From Microbotryum violaceum (taxonomy: Eukaryota), in the NCBI GenBank assembly GCA_001244265.2, contig CDLV01000005.1, forward strand, positions 2,542,001-2,606,000: 64,000 nucleotides of DNA, read 5' to 3'. Position 1 is the stretch's first letter. Each line of letters begins with the position of its first letter. The translations under genes were made by a program, and so were the position numbers. The notes below the pieces were generated by a model. The model saw only the letters and a program-made list of their open reading frames with translations. It did not search any database and was not told where the DNA came from. Below are positions 46,063-57,577 of the stretch, one piece after another.

Positions 46063-48953
46063 ATGTCGTCCTCCACGAACGCAGGTAGCTCCAGCTCGCG
46101 CTCCTCCAACACGGGTCTGCATGCTCGCACGGGGTCGATCAAGCGCACGCCTTCGGATCTGTCGAGGGACCTCGCTTCGGTCGACTTGCCCCCACCTTCG
46201 GCGATCACCGCGGCCGAGAGCCAGAGCAAGAACTCGCAACGTCGCAATACGGTCGAAAAGGAACTGGACGAGCTGGACCTCGATGAACCTGAAGGTCAGT
46301 TGGTGTGGTGGGACGAGCTTGCGTCTTGGGAGGCTGGCTACGGAGAGAAGGGGGGCCATGAGTCAACGCTTGACAGTCATCATCGGAAGGCGAGCGAGCA
46401 ATGAGCATCGTTTCACTTGTGTGAATGTTACTCCAGTCATGACGCAGCACTCCAAATCCGAGGTGATTTGTTGTCCCGGACTAGAAGCTGCGGGAAGGCG
46501 AACCAAGAAGGCAACCGAGAGAGAGAGAGGAGCTAGTCACTTGGTCCTTGGTCCTTGGACCTTGGACCTTGGTCCTTGGTCCCTGACGACCCGGAACATC
46601 CACACTGACATGCTCCATCATCCCGTGTGACTCTAGCTCTGAGTATGGCCTCCCGTCGACGAATCGACGAGGCTACCCAGGACGCAGTCGCACAAGCCAT
46701 GGCCTCGCTCGAGTTGGGCATCCCCGAACGAATCGCTCGTGCCAGTGCTCGCGCCGACGGAGTCAAGACGCCGATCCCACCGTGAGTTGGTGTCATCAAT
46801 TCGGGCTCAGAAGATGTCTCACGCCTGTTCGCCCACACATCCTCCCAGTCAACGAACCGAAGCCGTGGCTATCGAGGTCTCCTCCCCGACGCTCGAATAC
46901 TCCGACTCGAACAACCCCTTTGCCGCCGCCGCCCAAGCCGACCTCGACGCACAAGCAGCAGGCGGTGCATCGTCCGAGACCCCGGCTGCTCAAGTCGTCA
47001 CCCCCTGGGACGTCCAAGGCGCGACCGTCGAGGGCAAGCAAGTGCGTAGAGTAGACTAGAGCTCCTCCTCTTCTCCATTTCTCGACCGTTTCTTCTGCCT
47101 CTTTCACGACTTTACGACACGTTCATCATTATGCCATCTTCCTGCACAAACGCACACCCTTGCACTTTTTTGAATGTACCGGGAGCCCCGCGTGCAATCG
47201 CCCTCTTCACATTCACAAAGTGCCTCGGGACGCCTACACAATTTTGCGCTCCGTTATTTGGACAGCTCTTTTCTCATGTAGACTCTTCACCGTCCCCTTT
47301 CCTTTCCTTTTCTAGGTCGCTATCGACTACGACCATCTCATCAAAGACTTTGGGACCCGAAAGATTGACGACGAACTGCTGAAGCGATTCGAGAAGCTCA
47401 CGGGAAGGAAACCCCACATGCTGCTGCGACGTGGCACCTTCTTTTCCCATCGGCAAGTTTACTCGTTTGCATCCCTCGACCAAACTCTTCCAGACTCATA
47501 TCGCATTGAATCGAAACCACAGAGAACTCAATCTTATCCTAGATCAATACGAAAAAGGACTGCCTTTCTACCTCTACACCGGCCGAGGCCCGAGTTCAGA
47601 CAGCTTGCATCTCGGCCACATGATCCCCTTTGTCTTCACCCAATGGCTTCAAGAGGTCTTTGACGTTCCCTTGGTCGTACAATTGACGGGTAGGTCCCAT
47701 CTGGAGGTCCTTGGGACGCTTTCTCAGTATGCTCAGTCAACGCTCTTGCGTCCAATCAGACGACGAGAAGTTCTTGTTCAAGCCCGACCTCAAGCTTGAG
47801 CAGGTGGAACAGTTCGCCTTCCAGAACGCCAAGGATGTCATTGCGTGTGGTTTCAACCTCGAAAAGACCTTCATCTTCTCCGACCTCGACTACGTGGGGT
47901 CAGTGCCGCAACGGTGTGGGAGAACGGCAGAAGTGCCCATACTGACTTTTGCTGGATGCCCACATCTTTTTCGGCCTGCAGAGGTGCTTTCTATCGCAAC
48001 GTTGTCCGTGTTTCAAGGTTGATTACGGCGAGGCAGTCGCAACAAACCTTCGGGTTCAAGCTCGAGTAAGTAGCAATGAGACGGGGGGGGGGCTCTCTTG
48101 AGATGAGGCGTACTAAGGCCATGCCTCGGCGGGTGTTCAGGGACAACGTTGGAAAGTGGCACTTTGTTTCGGTTCAGGCCGCGCCATCCTTCTCAAGCTC
48201 GTTCCCGCAAATCTTTGGCACCAAAACCGACGTTCCTTGCCTGATCCCCTGTGCGATCGACCAAGACCCTTACTTCCGCTTGACGCGCGAGGCGGCCCCT
48301 CGCCTCAAGTACAAGAAGCCGGCCTTGATTCACGCCAAGTTCATCCCTTCTTTACTCGGCGCGCAGAGCAAGATGTCGGCCTCGATCGATTCAACCAGTA
48401 TCTTCATGACCGACACCGCGAAGCAGATCAAGGATAAGATCAACAAGTACGCATTCTCGGGTGGACAGACTTCGGTGGAGGAACATCGTCGGATCGGTGG
48501 GGATCCCGACGTCGACGTCTCGTACCAGTACTTGACGTTCTTCTTGGAGGATGACGAGGAGCTAGCTCGTATCTCCGCTGTAAGTGACTGAACGGTTCGG
48601 CTCCTATGTGCACTCCATCCCCTTACACCGTCGTTCCATGCCCGCTTCTTCATCGCAGGATTATCGTTCGGGCAAGTTGCTAACGGGTGAGCTCAAGGCG
48701 ATGACGATCAAGTTACTGCAAGACTTTGTCAAGGGATTCCAAGACGTAAGACGCATTCTCCCAGCAATGAGCCAAAACCTAAAAGCCTGGGGACTGAAAC
48801 CGAGTGGGACTGTGTTCGTGTTGCATCACATAGCGCAAAGCAGCTGTCACGGACGACATTTGCCGCTCGTTCATGGACGGCACACGCAAGATCGACCCGA
48901 CCGTCGTACCGCGTGGAACGGACACCACCACTGCTAGTCCCCCTACCCTTTAA
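46063..48953 (+). CDS. WRS1: Cytosolic tryptophanyl-tRNA synthetase with a long N-terminal extension
   Basis: [59 protein letters not shown]. Exon 46063-46294 splices in frame to 46637; an alternative start is ATG 46645. Confidence 0.92.
46540..46581. repeat. 7-bp tandem repeat (CTTGGWC) x6 within TrpRS intron 1
   Basis: cttggtc cttggtc cttggac cttggac cttggtc cttggtc. Confidence 0.85.
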
Positions 48954-51234
48954 TGATAGCCACACAGATCTGGCCTGGAGCGCGTGATTGGGGACCAGTC
49001 TCGGCATCAAAGTCTGCGAGCGTGGAGAAAACCTAACTTCGATCAAACGTTGGCGTCACCTTGAGCCGGCGAATTAGACAACTACTTGTAATGCAAACTC
49101 TTCTTACCAGCTACGGTAGCTCGCGAGATATTTTTGCTTGAAGACTTGCGTCCTACAGTTCCTCTTCTTCGACTGCGGCGGGATCCCCGACGAAGGTTCA
49201 AGTTCTAGCGGATGTGACCGAGACTGGGCCCGGCGGCGGTGAATTCGGAGCCGAAGCCGAGCGGGTACGACCGTCGATTACAGCTCTGAAACCTAGCTAT
49301 TGCAATTTGACACCCACTAAGGTAGCTAGCTACCTATGTGCCTAGAAAGAAGCAGGTGGATACCTAGGCGACATGGGACACCTGTATACCACCTGTTGAC
49401 TCCGCGATCCGGACCAGATCTAGGCCCTCGACGAATCTCGGGGTTGCCGCGGATTTAGGTGTCCAATTCGGGACGACGCGGTTCTCCAACTCGTGCGAAC
49501 TCAGGCACCCCCCACACCATTAGAACGTCTGCTGGTCCCTTTCGAGCAAGAGCAACAAGCGTCCCTGTTCCCTAAGTCGAGCTTGCAGGTCCTTCCATGG
49601 GCTTTCGGTCACGAGCCGGGGTCCCTATCCCGAGACTTACCGGATGTCCAGCCACCATCTTCTGTAAACGTGCAAGCTCGCTGGTTGGAAGCCTGCAATG
49701 GTCGGCCTCGGCTTCCTTCTAATTTGGCGCGTCGATCAATTGCTCAACACGTACTCACGCCGGTCCGTTCGACGGTTCAAAAAGGTGGTTTCCAAGGGGT
49801 ACAAATAAAAACACAATGCCTCAATCTACCGTGGAATGGAAATCCGCAGGAAATCGTTCCGAGCGCAGGCTGGCTCCAGCCAAAGGTCGTTTATAGAAAC
49901 GAGACGTTGCCGAACACGCTGCGCAATTGTGCACCTACGTCGCGGACGTCACGATGATGTTCCGAGCTCGCTGCCGATAATGGATAAGGCGGCTTCTTTC
50001 CTGACTCAACTCGGCACCTGCTGCTCCTGCGTGACAGGAAGATAGAGTATGCGGAGGCTTATGACAAATAGGTTCCAGGATCACGTTCTCCCGACGAGAG
50101 AAACGGCGCCGTCACCGCCGTCAGATAGGTAAGACGATGGGAGCGGCACGCGCTGGCCGCCGCGATGGGTTCTATTAGGAGCGCCAGGGCGTTAGGCCGC
50201 CGGCAGCATTTGACCGAGCTAGCCCCACTTTCTATGGCGACTTGACCTTGCTAGGTAGGTACTGACCTCGATAAGTACCGATGGATTACCCTGCCTTCCT
50301 CACTTTTACACTTCGTAAACTTTGTGCCCTGGTGGGCTGGACTTAGAAATCCCGCCTAGCATCAAGGGTAACTCGCTAAATCAACGAGAAGTTTTTCGTG
50401 CGGGCTGTATGCTGTGCTGCTGTGCATCACTTGCAGCTGCGACAGGGCGCCGGAGAGATGTCTTAGAACACATAGGATTTGACGAGCGCGCGCGCCGCCA
50501 TAGCGGATCCCGACCGTTGATAAATGCGACGACCCCTTGCAATCGCCCATTGTTGCTGCTGCCTCTCGGCCGGCCTAGCGGGACCTGGGTCGCCGATCGC
50601 TGTATGCAATTTGGACGTCGACCTGAGTTCGAGACGGCCGTCAAGCACGGCAGTGACGGCACCCCGTTCGGCCGCACCCAGGAACCTGGACGGGTAGAAG
50701 GGCAGGGACCGAATGTTCGGCAGCCCCGAAGCTTCGCGGGAGCCAACCGAGACCTGTGACTTGCTGAGAGCTCAAGCTGGGCTTACTTTATGCACGTAGC
50801 AGATGTGTGCCTTGAATTTGCCTCAGGGTCTTCAACACTACATAGAGATGATCTTTGTGATCCATCGTGGCTCCTTGCGGTTCTGTGAAAGCCATCTTTA
50901 GGAGGTATTTAGAAGGTACCTACCTGCTCGTGAAATTCGCGTTCGCGAAGATTCGAGCTCGTCGGCGATTGAACGTGGCCCTCGGCGGGTTCGAAGCCCT
51001 GTCCATACTGTCCAAGAGGCGCCACCATAGGGGTAATTACACGCATCCAATCTGCTCACCAACCTAGGTATACGAGCTATCCACCTACCTCGGGGAAAAG
51101 TGGCCCTGCATACTCGTTCGTAAGATCTAACCCACGTCCGCCAGACAAACTAAAATGACTCCGCGCTTCCGCGGACTTTTATCGCACGCGTAGGTCAGGA
51201 ATAATAAATGCGGCTGCCAGTTGCTCGGCCACTC

Positions 51235-51468
51235 CATAGCAAAAAACGGGGGTATTTCGGGTTGGCTTTGGGAGTGCGCGCTCTGCCGAGACGATCCCGG
51301 CGCCATCCCAGCACCATCCCGGCACGCGCTCGCCCTCTTGGGACCATCCCAGGATCGTCCTAGAATTGAGCGCCGAGCGCCGGGATGGTGCTGGGATGGC
51401 GCCGGGATCGTCTCGGCAGAGCGCGCACTCCCAAAGCCATACCCGAAATACCCCCGTTTTTTGCTATG
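51235..51468. mobile_element. MITE-like non-autonomous DNA transposon (234 bp, ~89-bp terminal inverted repeats, possible 2-bp TC target duplication)
   Basis: CATAGCAAAAAACGGGGGTATTTCGGG...CCCGAAATACCCCCGTTTTTTGCTATG; the arms match except for one indel, and TC lies on both sides. Confidence 0.85.
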
Positions 51469-51902
51469 TCGGCATTGCGCACCTGCGCCCTCGGCTCCCT
51501 CAAGGGGTTCCACAACTGAGTCATTGGTCACGCACGGTTCGCCGTCAGGTGCTCGGCCTCGCCTCCGGAGTTTTCTAGGCTGGCACGATCAGCATGCTGT
51601 TACACAAGCACAGATAAATTAGCGATGCCTACTCTGGTCCTAGATATCTTGACCAGGTCAACATCTTTGGGCCAACGGACTGTTTGAGATCCCACCTGAA
51701 TTACTCTCGAAGAGCTGAAACGAAAAGTGATTAAACAAGTCAAGTAGGCTGGCGGGGCGCAATGCGACGATGAAAAGAGGCTACAAGACTAAGTGAACTA
51801 GGCAGGTACAACAAAGTAGTCGGTCGCGTAAGACTGTCAGAACGTTTATATGCGAAGCTGAGGAATTAGACAGTGGGTACGAGTAAGCAATGTGCAGATC
51901 CT

Positions 51903-54264
51903 TTAGGGCGAGATGTTGGAGGCGACATTCTGGGTCCAGATGATACCGGAAGGGCCCGAGTTGGCGAATTGTGGACGGCAGCGTTGTAGAAAAAATGGCA
52001 GGTCTCGACTCGCTGAACGGTGCATCGTCGGAGCTAGAACATCACCGGGGGAGTATGCGAAGCCGACCGCAGAGTTTTGCTGGGACCCGTACGGAGGGGA
52101 GGCCTGGGTTAAAGCCGAGTTTAGGTAAGACCGCGGCGAAACGTGACCGGGCGACGAGGGGGAAAGACCGAGATGGGACGGTGTGGTTGGCGCATACGGG
52201 CGGTGCTGTCGTGAATACGGAACCTCGGGTGGGGCCTGGCCTCCTTCATGCAGGTGTCCATGTCGTTGGCCGGCTGCCAACGAGTAGTAATCGAGTTGCT
52301 CGGGTCTGAAGCGAAGCGAGCCCGTGCCCGGGTGAGGCGAGTACGCGTGCGCGAGTATTCCGAAGGGGCCTTCGGCGGGCATCATTAACTCGTGGCTGTG
52401 TTGTCGAGCGGATGGTAGCCCGTTGGGCTCGTAAGGCTGTGCCTGTGGCGATGTCGGGAAGAGCAACTGTGCTCCGTGTGACGAATGGGCGGGCGAAGGA
52501 TACATGTGAGCAGGGTGCACATAGAAGGCTCGCGGTGGGGCAGGCGAGCATCCAACGCTGATCGAACGCTTTAGCCAGATCGCTTCGGGTTCGGACTGTT
52601 GAGTTGTCGAGTGGCCGAAAGCTTCGTCGGCGCATCGCTTCCCAGCTTGTGACGACGCCGCCAGCAGCGGATACGTCTGATCCGAGGACAGGGACTGCAT
52701 CGATGACGACGAGGGCCCAGTCGGTGAGATAGTACTGGTGATGTGCGGTGGGATCGACCTCGAATGGCGATGTCGAATGCGGCCAGACGGCGATAAAGCA
52801 TGGGCATGAGAGATTGCTGGCGGATCCCGCTCCGCCGACGGCGAGAGCGCCATCGCGGCTGCCATTGAGTATGACGACGAAGGGCGCAATCGTGGGGCCG
52901 ACTGTGTCAAAGCCTGGCTCCATGTCGATCCGGCGCCGAATGAGAAAGTCGGTGACGATCCAGTGGTGTCGCCGCGAGCAGTAGTCTCGGTCGGTGTCAG
53001 GAAGGGCCCGCCTTGAGCGGCGGCATGCTCCGTCCCAGTAGACAGCCTGCGAGCCGAATGGACGGAATCGTCGGTGACCAGCCGAAGTCGCTTCGATGGG
53101 CCGTGGTCTGATTCTGTCTGGACAGTTGTATCCAGGCCAAGTCCGTGGAGCTCGATGCGGCTCTGGTGCGACGGAGGAGGACTCCTCGTCGGCTTCGTTC
53201 TGTAGTAGCCTTCCTCTAGTTGGAGGCGCGGTTTGGAGTGCGCAGCGTGTTGGGATTTTCTCGTCGAGATATGCCCTTGCAGAAGCTTGACCCAAGCGTT
53301 GAAATCGCGTTCTGTGACGTGGACTGACCACTCGAGTCCCTGGAGGAACTCTGCTTCGCCAGCAACGAGTGGTTTCTGCATGGGGCAAGATCGGGGGAGT
53401 CAGTCTTGAAGCAGAGGCCCGCACGCCAAGCGAGATTCTGACGACGATGGGTTGACCCAGGTTTCTATGACGGAGATACTCACAAGCTCTAGAGACGAGA
53501 CGTCGGCCCAGGTCTTTGCGGTGTAGGCTATTTGGGAGACACAGATAAAGCCAACAGAGCCCCTCAGCTTGGTTACACTTATGCGATCCGAGCTTTCGCT
53601 ACCGCGAGTGATCGACATGCACTCACTGTTATCATCCACTACCTTGTTGGCAATCATGAGACTAATGATGAGCGCACGAAACTCGGACCCTGGTGACCCC
53701 GTAATCTGGTTGCGGGCCTTCAGTCGAGATACGAGCAACAAGGCTAAGATGACGACGGAGTGGCTAACTTGGGCTGCAAGAGCAGGAAAGTCAAGACGAC
53801 GCTCGTTGTCAGCAAGTTTTCGAGGGTCCAAGACACCCTACATGATCCATAGAAAGCATACGGCCATGCCAGACTCAACTGGTTGCTAATAGCTCTTGAC
53901 AGAAGCTGAGAAAGCGATCCGTCGGCGCACTCTGTTGTTTTGAGAAATTGAGCGACGCGGGCTTCCCCGGGTTTGGTACCGGCGGAGCGAACCACAAGTA
54001 GACGAAGTACTCGGCTGCAAACGTTGACAAGGAGCTGATCTCGAGCAACTGGGGCGAGGTCGACGACGACGAAGGCGATGGCGACATGGCCGTTGACGGT
54101 GGAAGATTCGGGCGACCCGAAAATTCGCGACTAGGGTAAGCCCATGGTTGAGTATGCAGCGATCGAGGGTCTCGGATCAAGACAGAAGATTTGATTGGAT
54201 CATGCTGCATCGAACTCGAGATAGACAGGCCCAACGACAGGAGCGATCGGTCGTAGTCGGTCAT
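51903..54264 (-). CDS. Pho85-type cyclin (Pcl/Clg1-like) with long disordered C-terminus
   Basis: FAAEYFVYLWF..FLSFCQELLAT|TQVSHSVVILALLLVSRLK..GSEFR..LMIANKVVDDN|TYTAKTWADVS|EAEFLQGLEW is a PHO80-family cyclin box. Confidence 0.88.
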
Positions 54265-57200
54265 GGCCAGGGCCGAGTCTTGGCGGGACGGTGCCGAGCC
54301 GTCAACGTCAACGGCGACAACGGCGGCACGCGCCCGTAGCGACAGCGTCCGAGCCGGCGACAGCGACGGGTGACTCGGATGGTGGAAGCGGTGTCGTTTC
54401 GCCTTGAGATGGCCCGGTGTCTTGGGTCCAGTGAGGACTTGAATGGAAGCCAGAGGTTGGATGTTGCGCGTCCTTCTCCGGTCGATCGCACCGATCATGG
54501 GCGACCGAACTGAGGCCGTCCTGAAGCGTATTCAGAGTCGAAGAGTCGAGCGCACTCGGGCAATCGCACGGCTGAGTGAGGCTGCAGCGGGGACGCACGC
54601 ACTGTTGTCGAAGCTTGGAGCAAGTGTCGATGTCCTTGTGATGATGTGCTGTAAAAGGTCACGAAGAGATGGATCACCACTCAACGGGAGAGGTGAAAGG
54701 GGGTGGCTAATGGGCTAGTCTCAAACTGACTTGGATCAGCGAGGCACCACTTTCCGGCACGCACAAGGCCACCGGGAGGCGAAACCGCGCCGCCAGCTCA
54801 GACAAAGAACTTGGAAGACGACCCGTCGACTGCGCCGAACCGCGCCACAGAAACGATTCTGAATGTTCGAAACCTACGGCTCGATCAGTTTTCGCTGGCT
54901 CAACAGCAGGCCTCGACAACGTTTCAACTGCCCGGCTCGCAATCATTTTAATTTCCACGTCGCCGCTGATTCAGAACCGCGGCGTGTTCTACCACGACTA
55001 CCACTCCTTGCCGCGGCGGTAGCTCGCAGCCGGTTCCGGCTAGCACTGCAGTCCTCGTGTGACAATGTTCGAATATCCTCGTCAATTTGCAGTAGGTACA
55101 TAGGTGACGCACGTCACGGTCTTGATGGCTATAGAATAGTCTCCGCTCTCTAATTATTCGCCACTTTCTGCCATGCCGTTTTTTGGAACCTTGCAGAAGA
55201 ATGTGAAGTGACGAGTTCGAGCACTCGATCGGCTCGACCGTTCAAACTTGTGACTGACTCACATAGTTATTGGCGAGAGCTACGATCGACGACCTCTCAC
55301 TCTACAACAGTCGTGTTATCACCTTTAGCACAGGAACCGTGTTGGGCGTCTGTGTTACGAGCCGTTCCTGAGCACGGACCTTTAGCGCGCGTGCCTGACT
55401 AGTTGCTAACACCATGGAATAGGAAGGGTGGTGGGTGCTCACATGATTGCAATCACACTTTTGGTGGTTTCAGGAGTGTGGGGACTGCATGGATCTAGTG
55501 GCTATGACTTTAATAAGTCCAACCCCTCTTTTCAAGAAACATTGATTTTGCGTAGATAACTGAATATGTGAAATCTAATCAGGCTTGATACAATAAGAAT
55601 AGTTGCTGGCTGCGCAAGTATTCACGTGACCACCCTCGATACTGTACTGGATTGTTGTGAGAACCCCTTTTATTTATTTGCTTATCAAACGGACCACAAA
55701 AATACCTTCGAATGTTCTTTTAGCCTTTCCAGAACTTGGATAAATAGTGGTCTTCCCTGTTGTTGCTTTTTCCTTCCTGCAAGCAACAACTCCCATTCTC
55801 ACTCTCAAGCTCCCTCGCCTAAAACCCTTTATCCTCACCCAGTCTCGGCACCTCACCTCACCTCACCTCATCCACCCCTATTCTTGACCTTCAGTTGCTT
55901 CGGCCCAACCAGACCTATCCGGAATCCCTCGCAATCCCCCCTGTCTAAACTATAGTACTCACTGTAGTCTAGAACCTTCCCTGTCCGCGAGGACCGTCAT
56001 AGTCTGCTCAAATTCGCCGACGCGTACCGAACTCGTGCGAAAGCTCGGGAGCCCGAATATTACGCCCATATGTTCCTTCCTTTTCAGAGGCAGATCTTCA
56101 ACCTCCCTCCCGCAAGCGTGTTTGCCACGCGCGTTGAGACGGTTGTGTCGTGTCACCTTCCCGGGCCAACGAACCACGACCCAGTCGGCTTCGGCGACTG
56201 CCAGTACTACCTTTTTATCTTCTTTAATTGAAAAACTAACCTAAGCCGTTTAGCTCACCTAGCTTGGCTTGCCGACTTGTAGTCGTTGACACTATCAGTG
56301 TGCTTTAGCCGAGATAAATTGCACTTTCAGGGGTCTGTGCGCTCGCCATTTCTCGTTCTCGGTTTGCGGAACCCGAAAGGTTGGTCTATGCGTCAAAAGG
56401 GGTTATTTTCTGAAGGAGCCTACTCTGTGAGGGCCAGACGCAATTCGAAATTGCGAAGCGGCGATCACAGGGCGAAGTCGACGAGCGACGAAGAAAAGAC
56501 GGTGAAACGCTTGAATTGTGTTGCAGGGGATAATGCAACTACAGTCGATAGATAATGTGTGTAGGATCGGTAACTAGGCGAGGGATTGAGTCCAGTTAAC
56601 GATGAGTAAGATACTAAGAAACAATTTGTAAGCTATCCGGGCGTAAGGCCATCTTGCGCGCGGATTCGAACTTGGAAGGCTTGACGTTGGGGTCGGAACG
56701 AGACGGCGGCCTTACATACTCTCCTCGGTTGAACATCATTTCCCCGATGTGAGTTGTCGCATTTTTCCCCCCTGGCTCATCCTGCAGCGCATCACCAGCG
56801 TACATGACCTGCAAGCGGCTTCGGACCGAGGATGGCAACTTGCTCGAGACACCTTTCTCTGACACCTGGCGAATCGGGGCGTATCAAAAGCGTCGGGCAA
56901 CCGAGTCCGCTGTGTACCAGCTTCGGTAGTACCGATGACGTCGACCTTTTTCCTGAGGTAGTTTTTTGTTGAGTATTGGTCACTTCACCGTGTAGCAATT
57001 GGTGCAGATTGACTTGCAAGAAAGAAACATAAAACGTTTTTGTCTCACCTCGAGCGCAAAGTAGTTGCAGACTCGGATATTCACAAAACGCGCGAACTTT
57101 GGCGGCCGTGCGATGCGCAATGCGAAAACTGCGATTTCGGCGCCGATTGCGCCATAAAATTCAGCACTGCCCAACGTCAAGGCCTATCCACTGACTAATG

Positions 57201-57385
57201 AGAACTCACGTGCTCCCGCAATGGCCTAGGGGATTAGGGTGTAGCTGAGCTTGCATCATAATGGCGTACTAGCCCACTGTAAAGTGCCGGTCAAGAGCGG
57301 CGAAGTGGTCGGTGGCGTTGGCGCGAAGCTGCATACCCCCCCCCCCCCCCCGCCTGAAATGGGATGATCCCGGGATCGGGCCCCC

Positions 57386-57577
57386 GATTTGAATTTCCAC
57401 ATCGCATTTGGAATCCGGGGCTGCATTTCAAATGCATTTCAAATCGGCGAAGCGATTCAAAAAAAAGGGTTTGAACTCGCGGGGCGCGATCCCACAGCGA
57501 TTTGGAACACATTGGGAATCGCTGCGCCGATTTCAAATGCGATTCAAATGCGATCCAACGTTTCAAATCAGCCAGTG
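57386..57577. mobile_element. Degenerate palindromic (MITE-like) element with ATTTCAAAT subterminal repeats, right end ...CAGCCAGTG
   Basis: Left arm gatttgaa..atcgcatttggaatc..gcatttcaaatcggcgaagcgattc mirrors the reverse complement of the right arm gatttgaaac..atcgcatttgaatcgcatttgaaatcggcgcagcgattc; the left terminus is eroded. Confidence 0.55.

Noticed and set aside
48951..48959. Triple stop TAA TGA TAG after TrpRS
   Set aside because: Curious, but explicable by chance or tandem-stop selection; no further evidence.
50980..51005. GGTTCGAA resembling a tRNA T-loop
   Set aside because: The T-stem does not pair and no cloverleaf can be formed.
49320..51090. Scattered AGGTA/TACCT palindromes suggesting element termini
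   Set aside because: The matches are short and gapped, with no TSD or coding relic between them.
57040..57169. hAT-like end (CAGTGCTG on the minus strand)
   Set aside because: No partner terminus or 8-bp TSD was found in the window.
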